Shown: piece after piece, positions 56,701 through 64,000 of the stretch
How the letters are laid out: each line of letters starts with the position of its first letter
How positions within the stretch are numbered: position 1 is the first letter of the stretch
NCBI GenBank assembly: GCA_044440125.1
Contig: JBITAJ010000015.1
Coordinates: 64,001 to 128,000 of the forward strand
Reading direction: 5' to 3'
From: Sedimentisphaeraceae bacterium JB056
GTDB taxonomy: Bacteria; Planctomycetota; Phycisphaerae; Sedimentisphaerales; Sedimentisphaeraceae
DNA length: 64,000 bases
The notes under the pieces: model-generated
What the model was told of the DNA's origin: nothing
Database searches by the model: none
Seen by the model: only the letters and a program-made list of their open reading frames with translations
Position numbers and translations under genes: made by a program

Positions 56701-58824
56701 ATGAAAAAAACTGTACTTATTTTATTCATTTGTTCGTTAGTATTCGCAAGAGATTTTTACGTTTCACCCGAGGGTCGCGATGATGCCGGGGGCAATGGCA
56801 GCAAAGACAGGCCCGTAGCTTCTGTCGCCAGAGCGGTTGAGAGGGCGGCAAAGTTTATTGAATTGAGAGGATGCCCCGAAGAAGGTATTGTCATCAACGT
56901 AGACGCCGGTGTTTACCGCATAGATGAGACGATAAAGATCGATAAAACCCTTAGCGGCAGCGAGAACGGCCAGATCGTTATTAAAGCAGCAGACGGCGGC
57001 AAGGTTGAGATAATCGGCGGTCCGAAGTTTACTCTCAGCGAGTTTTCTCCGGTAACGGACCCCGAAATAGAAAAGCGTCTCCATCCTGCAGCCAAAGGAA
57101 AAGCAGTTGTGCTTGATCTTAAAAAACGCGGCATTACCGAATACGGCCAGTTGCCGTTATATGGCCACAGTATGTATTGTCTTAACGCCAAGACCCGCTA
57201 CAAGAGCGGCGGCCAGGCTCCAGAGTTGTTTTTCAACGCCAAGCCGCTTACCATAGCCCGCTGGCCCAACGAAGGCTTTGCTAAAACCGGCTCAGTCGTT
57301 GAAAAGGGCGATATCATAAGGGACTGGATGGATGATCGCAAGGGCCAGGATGCTTACGTTGCACCCGAGCAGCGCAACGACCCGCCCAAAGGCATCGCTT
57401 TCAAAATGGATAAAGAGCGTCTCGAAAGGTGGAAGAATGCCGAGGATATCTGGCTCTATGGATACTGGTTCAACAATTGGTCCGATCAGACGCTTCAGGT
57501 GGCCGGTATTGATGCCCAAGAGGGCATAATCCGCAGCGTTCAGCCCAGCGGCTACGGTGTGAAAAAGGATCAGCGGTTCTACGCGTTCAACCTCCTGGAG
57601 GAAATGGACGAGCCGGGAGAATGGTATCTCGACCGCTCAAAAGGTAAGCTCTATTTGATCCCGCCGGAAAACGACCCGGATGCGGAGCTTCACTTATCTT
57701 TGCTTAAAGATAAGTTTATGGCAATTGATGGCGTATCTAACTTGCTCATAGAGGGCATAGACTTCGGGTACACGCGAGGCAGCGGCATAGATATTGATAA
57801 TTCCAGCAGCGTAAAACTTTTGGACTGCAAAGTCGCCAATACAGGCAGCTACGGCATACGCATTCAGGGCGGCAAAAATAATTCAGTTGTCAGATGTGAA
57901 GTGTTTAACAATGGCAGCGGCGGCATAACTGTCAACGGCGGAAATGTAAACACTTTGACCCCAGCCGGTCATTTCGTCGAAAATTGCCTTATCTACGATT
58001 ATGCACGTATAGAAAAGACTTACAAACCGGCAATCAATCTCTCCGGTGTAGGCAATCGTGCCTCTCATAACGAAATACATTCCGGAGCTCATATGGCTGT
58101 AGGCTTCAGTGGAAATAATCATATTATCGAGTTTAATCATATATATGATGTTGCTCGGGAGACTGATGATATGTCGGCCATATATTCGGGTCGCTCATGG
58201 TATTCCCGCGGTACCGTAATACGCTATAACCTCCTTCGCAACATTACCGGCTATAAGGCCGGCACTCACCGCGTTTCGGGCGTATATCTTGATGACGGTA
58301 TCAGCGGTATTACGGTTGAAGGCAACATCTTTCTTAACGTCGCGCAGGGGCTGATGTTCAACGGCGGACGTGATAATACCGCAGTGAATAACATATTTAT
58401 TGATGTAGAGAATATGGCTCGCAGCACCAGTCTTAAAGAGGCTTTCAAAGGGTGGGCCGCATCAAGCTGGAAGACGCTCAATGAAAATATACGCAAAATG
58501 CCGATAAACGAGGAGCCCTGGCACAGTGCCTACCCCCATCTTGCGAATATGCTGGAAGATGAGCCGGAATTGCCAAAGTATACGACTATAAAGAATAACC
58601 TGCGTTACAACTCGCCGATAATAATCAGCAAGGAAGGCATACACGAGGTTGTAACTGAGTTTGGTGATGTCCAAAACAATCTTGAGATTGATAAAAAACC
58701 CGGCAGTTACGATTCTCAAAGCGGCCATTTCAAATTCGACCCTTCCTCCGGTGTTTTCGATATCATGGGCGATTTGAAGAATATCCCAACTGAGAAAATA
58801 GGAAGAATGAAGAGCGAAAGCTGA
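56701..58824 (+). CDS. GH141-like right-handed beta-helix protein
   Basis: FYVSPEG, ARWPN, EEMDEPGEWYLD, DMSAIYSGR, GVYLDDG; close paralogue of the upstream gene (YGHSM, WMDD, VQPS.YGV). Confidence 0.85.
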   Translation: MKKTVLILFICSLVFARDFYVSPEGRDDAGGNGSKDRPVASVARAVERAAKFIELRGCPEEGIVINVDAGVYRIDETIKIDKTLSGSENGQIVIKAADGGKVEIIGGPKFTLSEFSPVTDPEIEKRLHPAAKGKAVVLDLKKRGITEYGQLPLYGHSMYCLNAKTRYKSGGQAPELFFNAKPLTIARWPNEGFAKTGSVVEKGDIIRDWMDDRKGQDAYVAPEQRNDPPKGIAFKMDKERLERWKNAEDIWLYGYWFNNWSDQTLQVAGIDAQEGIIRSVQPSGYGVKKDQRFYAFNLLEEMDEPGEWYLDRSKGKLYLIPPENDPDAELHLSLLKDKFMAIDGVSNLLIEGIDFGYTRGSGIDIDNSSSVKLLDCKVANTGSYGIRIQGGKNNSVVRCEVFNNGSGGITVNGGNVNTLTPAGHFVENCLIYDYARIEKTYKPAINLSGVGNRASHNEIHSGAHMAVGFSGNNHIIEFNHIYDVARETDDMSAIYSGRSWYSRGTVIRYNLLRNITGYKAGTHRVSGVYLDDGISGITVEGNIFLNVAQGLMFNGGRDNTAVNNIFIDVENMARSTSLKEAFKGWAASSWKTLNENIRKMPINEEPWHSAYPHLANMLEDEPELPKYTTIKNNLRYNSPIIISKEGIHEVVTEFGDVQNNLEIDKKPGSYDSQSGHFKFDPSSGVFDIMGDLKNIPTEKIGRMKSES

Positions 58825-58828
58825 ACCG

Positions 58829-59896
58829 ATGAATGACTATATCAACATTGATTCGGCGCAGCTTGATCGACTGGATGCTGTTAAAGAGGGATATAAGCGC
58901 CTCTATGAACAACCGTCTCAGTGCCGTCCGATGATAATAATAAATGTTGTCGGCGGCAGATCGGTAAGCTGGGAAGAAAAGCTTGCCGATCCGATGGTGA
59001 TGCTCAGGGCAAAGCTTGACGAGATCAAGCTGCATTTGGCCGTGGAGGATGATATCGTTCCGGCGGCACGTGTCGATTTTGGCACAGGTATAATCGCCTC
59101 GGCTTTCGGTTGTGAGATAACTTATCCGGAGAACAATCTGCCGGCTGTTAAGAGTCATCCTGTAGAAAATACGGCCGATATTTATCGTCTTGAGAAGCCT
59201 CGCCTTAATGCCGGTCTGATAGCCAAAGCCTTTGATTGGATCGGGCTTTGGAAAGAAAACTTGCCCGATTGGATACGTATTCAGCCCTTTGACATACAGG
59301 GTCCGTTCAATAATGCTCACCTGATCCGCGGCAACGACATCCTTCTGGACTTCTATGATGATGCGGCGGCAGTGCAAAAATTGCTTGATATCATTACCGA
59401 TTATACCATTGATGTGGTCAGAGAGATGAATAAGCTTATCGATGTTGAAGACGGTTGGTTCTGTGATTGGGGCGGGGCGTACTGGAAAGGCGCTGCCAGA
59501 ATATCGAATTGTTCGACGGATATGATAAGTCCCCAGTTCTACATCGATAATGTTTTTGATCGTGATGTGCGATTGTTAAGCAGCTTGGGCAGCGGACGTA
59601 TGCACTACTGCGGCAGCCACAGGGCGGTAATAGACGAGTTTTTCAAAAACCCTGCTATTACCGGTCTTGATATTGATGCAAGCATCCATGATTTATGGGA
59701 AGTAGCGGAATCTGCCCCTGAAAAACTTGTTCTCGTATTTCAGGACTATAATGGTGCATTTCCCGATGTGCAGCGTCTTCTCGATGGAGACTGGCCGGAG
59801 AAACGAAATATAGTATTGATAACTAATGTTGAAACAGTAGAGGAAGGTAAAGACCTTAGAGCCAAATTACTGGAATCGATGCCTTACCAAAATTAA
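58829..59896 (+). CDS. URO-D-like superfamily protein (second subtype)
   Basis: FGTGIIASAFG, DIQGPFNNAHLIRG, DMISP, MHYCG. Confidence 0.75.
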   Translation: MNDYINIDSAQLDRLDAVKEGYKRLYEQPSQCRPMIIINVVGGRSVSWEEKLADPMVMLRAKLDEIKLHLAVEDDIVPAARVDFGTGIIASAFGCEITYPENNLPAVKSHPVENTADIYRLEKPRLNAGLIAKAFDWIGLWKENLPDWIRIQPFDIQGPFNNAHLIRGNDILLDFYDDAAAVQKLLDIITDYTIDVVREMNKLIDVEDGWFCDWGGAYWKGAARISNCSTDMISPQFYIDNVFDRDVRLLSSLGSGRMHYCGSHRAVIDEFFKNPAITGLDIDASIHDLWEVAESAPEKLVLVFQDYNGAFPDVQRLLDGDWPEKRNIVLITNVETVEEGKDLRAKLLESMPYQN

Positions 59897-59911
59897 GAAG
59901 GAAACGATATA

Positions 59912-62900
59912 ATGAAGAATGTACTGAAAACAGGAGTGGTCTTATTGTTTTTGCCTTGTCTTGTGTTTGCATATGATATTTATGTTTCACCTAACGGCAG
60001 TGATGTTAACACAGGAACAGAGGATAAACCGACTGCTTCTATTGGCAGGGCACTCAAAAGAGCGGAGAAGCTTATTGAACTCAGGGGTTACCCTGCTGAA
60101 GGCATTAATATTATAATAGAACCCGGTGAATACGGCTTTGATGAAACTTTGTTTTTGGGTGACAGCATCTCTGGTTCGCCAGATAATCCGTTGGCAATAA
60201 AATGTGTTGATGGAAAGGCCTTTTTTAATGGTGGAATCGCATTAGATACAGCAGGCGGTAAGATAACGCAGAATGAACCATTGCTTTCTCCAAAGGCTCG
60301 TGGCAATGTATATGCCGTTGAGATAACCGATGGCAAGCTTATTTCACTGCTTTCCAATAGGAGTGTGAAACTCAGTCAGCAGGGCCAAATGATGTCGCTG
60401 GCGAAATATCCTAATATTGGCTATGCTCACATCAAAGAAGTTATCGATAAGGGTGCCGTTTATGCTCATGGAAGAACTAAGGGTGACCCGCCCCAATACA
60501 GCATGGATGAACCGACAGGAGGAGTATTCACTGTAAGGGATAAAGATGTGTCCGCATGGGAAAAGGAATTTGAAAAATTCAAAAAAGCCTATGTAGTCGG
60601 ATATCTCTCTAATGATTGGTACAAGGAGAATCACAGAATAGCTTCTATTACAGATGAGCAGATTAAGCTTATTGATTACAGCCGTTATGGGCTTGGAGTC
60701 AAAAAGGAGATACCCCGTCGTTTTATAATAAACGATCTTTTAAGCGAACTTGACAGCCCCGGTGAATTTTTCTTTGATGAAAATGCCAATAAACTTTATT
60801 TTTGGCCTTTTAATGAAGGGGATGTTTCCGGATTGAGTATATGGGGAGGTGAGTCGTTTGCTGAGTTTAAAAATGCTTCGAATGTAAGACTTGAGAATAT
60901 AGTTATCGAAGGTGTTTCTCAGGGTAAATCTGTTGTAAATATAAGTGACAGTGAAAATGTTGAGCTTGCCGGATGTGTTATCCGAAATTGTTCGCGGCCG
61001 GCTGTGATGATCGAAGGCGGCAGCCATTGCGGCATCAGAAGCTGTGATATTTACGATGTGCCTTATCATCTGAAACTTAGCGGCGGAAATGTTAAAGAAC
61101 TCAAACCCTCAGATAATTATGCCGAAAACTGCCATTTCACGCAGGTGCAGGCGAGCGATTATTACGGCAAAATTCAGATCAGCGGTGTAGGTCAGGTTTT
61201 CCGCAACAACCTCGTGCATAATTTTATCGGTCAGGTAATGACGGTCGGTGATAACGACCACCTTATCGAATACAACGAATTTTTCAATATCGGCATCGAA
61301 GAAGGTGACGGTGGAACGATGTACAGCGGTGCTGCCATGTGGAGCTGGGGAAATGTGTATCAGCATAATTTCCTGCATCACCTGATGTGTTTGCCGCAGG
61401 CTCATCCTCGCGGCGGCATATACCCCGATGATCGCGATCAGGGCGACACTATAAAGCAGAATGTCTTCTATAAGGCTGCTCATCGTGCGGTGCTTATAAA
61501 CGGCGGTGCCGGGCATAATGTGAACGATAATATATTCCTCGAAGGCTATATCGGTATATATAACACCGAGGCCGGCTCACAAAAGATGTATGATATGCAG
61601 TCTGAGTACAACAGCGGCAAACTCAAACGCGGCGACAAAATGGACTATATCTGGAGAACCGAGCAGGTTATCGGCGAAGAGGGCTGGAACAAAGAGCCGT
61701 GGATAAGCAGGTACCCGCTTTTTGCGAATATCATGAATCAGCCTAAGATGAGGTTCTGGCCGATAGAATGCGATTTCAGCGGCAACTATTTTCATGGAAA
61801 CGCCGAAAATATACAGTATCGTTTTGGTTACGGTCGAAACGATACAAAGGATATTTCTGAAGTGGAGTACATAGAGGCCCGAAACAACAAGGATATACCT
61901 CTTGATATATTCAAAGATGCAGATGCTCTTGATTTTAATTATGCTGCTGAAAGAGTAGCTCAAAGGATGCCTGATATCCAGTTCGACAGGATAGGACTTT
62001 ATCAGGATGAATATCGGAAAGATGTGCCGGACAAAAAGCTCTATCGTAAGCTTCTTGCCGATAAATTTCGCGACCGTAAATCTTACGACCCGGACGCTCG
62101 GTACGACCCCGATACCATCAGTGATATGATATATTTCAATACCGGCAAATTATTGACTGAAATGACATCCGGAAATTTAACTCAGGAAAATGGCAGAATT
62201 GAACCGGATGCTCAAAGTTATAAGGTATCAAAGGAAGATTACGATTATGCCATGGATATTTATAACGCTCAGGAGCCGGAGTTGATTTTTCCTAATCCGC
62301 ATCCGGGAGCTCAGTGGTTCACAGAGGCCGGGCTGGGATTGTTTATGCACTGGGGAATTCACAGCGTAAAGGCTCTGCAGCCTTCCTGGTCGATGATAAG
62401 GGATTACAGGTTTGCACATTATCCCGAAGATGAAGACCCGAACAAGTATATCGGATTCAATTATTATCATCTGGCTGAAAAATTCGATCCCCAATCATAC
62501 GACCCGGATATGTGGTTTAAGGCTGCCGCCGATGCGGGATTTAAATACGCGGTTCTCACTACAAAGCACCACGACGGCTATGCCCTGTGGCCCAGCAAAT
62601 ACGGCAATATGTCAACCCGTACTTATATGGGCGGTCGCGATCTGATCAATGAATATGTCGAAGCTTGCAGGAAAAACGGCCTGAAGGTTGGTTTCTACTT
62701 CTCCCAGCGCGACTGGCATTATCCGAATTTTCCCGTTTTGGATGTCGGCTTTGACAACAAAAGGAGGGGCGAAGAATATCAAATGAGCGAGGATGAGGCA
62801 AGAAAACTGTTTCAGGATTTCTATGCTTACACTATCAACCAGTTGAGAGAATTGCTGACTAATTACGGCACTATAGATGTGCTCTGGTTTGACGGCCTTG

Positions 62901-63280
62901 GCTCCTGGCCCGGTCTAAAGGAAAAAAGAGGGGATACGAAAGTTCTTCAAACGTATCAGTGGATACGTTCGCTTCAGCCGGGGATAGTCATAAACGACCG
63001 CTGGGACAAACGTATCGGGGATATGAGTACCCCTGAAGGACATGTGCCCGAAGATAAAATTGAAGGCTGGTGGGAAAGCTGCATCTCGATTAAGGGTCAT
63101 TGGGGTTATTCGCCGCATAGGGATATGTGGAGTATTGAGAAATTCTGCGATACTTATAATGAGATACGAGAAAAGGGTGGAAATTTTCTGGCAAACGTCG
63201 GCCCGGCACCGGACGGAACTATGCCTGATGAGTTTTATGAACTTTGTGAAAAACTCAACGAAGGCGAATGTGAGGAATGA
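59912..63280 (+). CDS. GH141-like beta-helix fused to GH29 alpha-L-fucosidase
   Basis: Beta-helix part shares YKAAHRA, DYIWRTEQV with the 1724/1216-aa proteins; GH29 part has GLFMHWG, TTKHHDGYALWPS, LWFDG, INDRW, NVGPAPDG. Confidence 0.9.
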   Translation: MKNVLKTGVVLLFLPCLVFAYDIYVSPNGSDVNTGTEDKPTASIGRALKRAEKLIELRGYPAEGINIIIEPGEYGFDETLFLGDSISGSPDNPLAIKCVDGKAFFNGGIALDTAGGKITQNEPLLSPKARGNVYAVEITDGKLISLLSNRSVKLSQQGQMMSLAKYPNIGYAHIKEVIDKGAVYAHGRTKGDPPQYSMDEPTGGVFTVRDKDVSAWEKEFEKFKKAYVVGYLSNDWYKENHRIASITDEQIKLIDYSRYGLGVKKEIPRRFIINDLLSELDSPGEFFFDENANKLYFWPFNEGDVSGLSIWGGESFAEFKNASNVRLENIVIEGVSQGKSVVNISDSENVELAGCVIRNCSRPAVMIEGGSHCGIRSCDIYDVPYHLKLSGGNVKELKPSDNYAENCHFTQVQASDYYGKIQISGVGQVFRNNLVHNFIGQVMTVGDNDHLIEYNEFFNIGIEEGDGGTMYSGAAMWSWGNVYQHNFLHHLMCLPQAHPRGGIYPDDRDQGDTIKQNVFYKAAHRAVLINGGAGHNVNDNIFLEGYIGIYNTEAGSQKMYDMQSEYNSGKLKRGDKMDYIWRTEQVIGEEGWNKEPWISRYPLFANIMNQPKMRFWPIECDFSGNYFHGNAENIQYRFGYGRNDTKDISEVEYIEARNNKDIPLDIFKDADALDFNYAAERVAQRMPDIQFDRIGLYQDEYRKDVPDKKLYRKLLADKFRDRKSYDPDARYDPDTISDMIYFNTGKLLTEMTSGNLTQENGRIEPDAQSYKVSKEDYDYAMDIYNAQEPELIFPNPHPGAQWFTEAGLGLFMHWGIHSVKALQPSWSMIRDYRFAHYPEDEDPNKYIGFNYYHLAEKFDPQSYDPDMWFKAAADAGFKYAVLTTKHHDGYALWPSKYGNMSTRTYMGGRDLINEYVEACRKNGLKVGFYFSQRDWHYPNFPVLDVGFDNKRRGEEYQMSEDEARKLFQDFYAYTINQLRELLTNYGTIDVLWFDGLGSWPGLKEKRGDTKVLQTYQWIRSLQPGIVINDRWDKRIGDMSTPEGHVPEDKIEGWWESCISIKGHWGYSPHRDMWSIEKFCDTYNEIREKGGNFLANVGPAPDGTMPDEFYELCEKLNEGECEE

Positions 63281-63352
63281 TTTGCTCTCGAAATGGAAAA
63301 TCTATACGTCTGATATAACAGGCTAATAATTCAAGGAAAGTAAGTATCTGAT

Positions 63353-64000
63353 ATGTTAAAAATAATAATAAAGAGTTTGGTAGTTGCAGCAGTATTATCT
63401 GTTTTTATGGCAGGATGCAGTCTGCCTGAGAAGTGTAGTGATGTTTCGTTTTATGTTGCTCCTGATGGAGATGACAGTGCCAACGGTTCAATTAATGCTC
63501 CTTTCAGGACATTAGAAGCAGCCAGAGATGCTGTTCGTCGATTGCGGGCAGAAGGGAAATTAGGCCATGATGGTGTTACTGTCAATCTCAGAGCCGGCAG
63601 ATATGAAATAAGCGAAACATTTGAACTCGATGAACGTGACAGCGGAACTCAAACCGCCCGTATTATTTATCGCAGTTTTCCCGGTGAGAAGGTTTATATA
63701 AGCGGCGGAAAGTCAATACCCGCTTCTGCATTTAAGCCCGTAGGCGACAAAAAGGTGCTGGATAGGTTCGTCGATAAGAGGGCGGCTTCAAAGATAGTCT
63801 GCGTTGATCTGAACTCGCTTGGTATTACAAATTACGGCAAGATGAGTGCAAGGGGTTTTAGAAGGCCATACGTTAATCCCGGTCTTGAGCTGTTTTTTAA
63901 CGAGCAGGCTATGACTATTGCCAGATGGCCCAATGAGGGTTTTGTTCCAATTGGTAAGGTTGTGGATAAGGGGTCTGTGCCGCGGTTTGATGATTTTGAG
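63353..64000 (+). CDS. GH141-like beta-helix protein, probable lipoprotein (partial, runs off window)
   Basis: Manual translation MLKIIIKSLVVAAVLSVFMAGC (lipobox) ...FYVAPDGDDSANGSINAPFRTLE...LRAGRY...ARWPNEG...DKGSVPR. Confidence 0.85.
   Translation, partial: MLKIIIKSLVVAAVLSVFMAGCSLPEKCSDVSFYVAPDGDDSANGSINAPFRTLEAARDAVRRLRAEGKLGHDGVTVNLRAGRYEISETFELDERDSGTQTARIIYRSFPGEKVYISGGKSIPASAFKPVGDKKVLDRFVDKRAASKIVCVDLNSLGITNYGKMSARGFRRPYVNPGLELFFNEQAMTIARWPNEGFVPIGKVVDKGSVPRFDDFE

Noticed and set aside
35039..59377. Long antisense ORFs (35039-35716, 49660-50376, 55492-56076, 58763-59377)
   Set aside because: They lie wholly opposite well-supported genes and have no recognisable motifs.
1..64000. 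Mobile elements, tRNA/rRNA, CRISPR arrays, defence systems
   Set aside because: No transposase, integrase, cas or structural RNA signature and no regularly spaced repeats were found by eye.

Overview
Bacterial DNA, most likely from a Planctomycetota (Phycisphaerae/Sedimentisphaerales-like) anaerobe. This is inferred from DUF1559-type prepilins, PEP-CTERM proteins, half-dockerin-tagged secreted proteins, an ECF/anti-sigma pair and URO-D-like paralogues. Two glycan-utilisation loci flank a small housekeeping island (S8 PEP-CTERM protease, purF-purM, PEP-CTERM protein, argG, a C45/alpha-beta hydrolase fusion). Locus 1 (2.8-14.9 kb) is bracketed by two paralogous LacI regulators. It holds a prepilin, LamG and CBM9-like proteins, a beta-helix protein, two heparinase II/III-like lyases and a 2-hydroxyacid dehydrogenase. 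Locus 2 (25.5-64 kb, running off the window) holds GH2, LacI, a prepilin, seven GH141-like beta-helix paralogues (one fused to GH29, one to SGNH), a Tat sulfatase, a PHP metallohydrolase, an SSS transporter and two URO-D-like proteins. The best candidate for a new system is the module shared by both loci: LacI + type IV-like prepilin + adjacent non-catalytic lectin-like proteins carrying a Cys-containing half-dockerin tag, with no SusC/SusD or cohesin visible. A ~215-aa unrecognised domain is also shuffled into three proteins. No rRNA, tRNA, CRISPR or mobile element was seen. All family calls are by eye from motifs, not from database searches.
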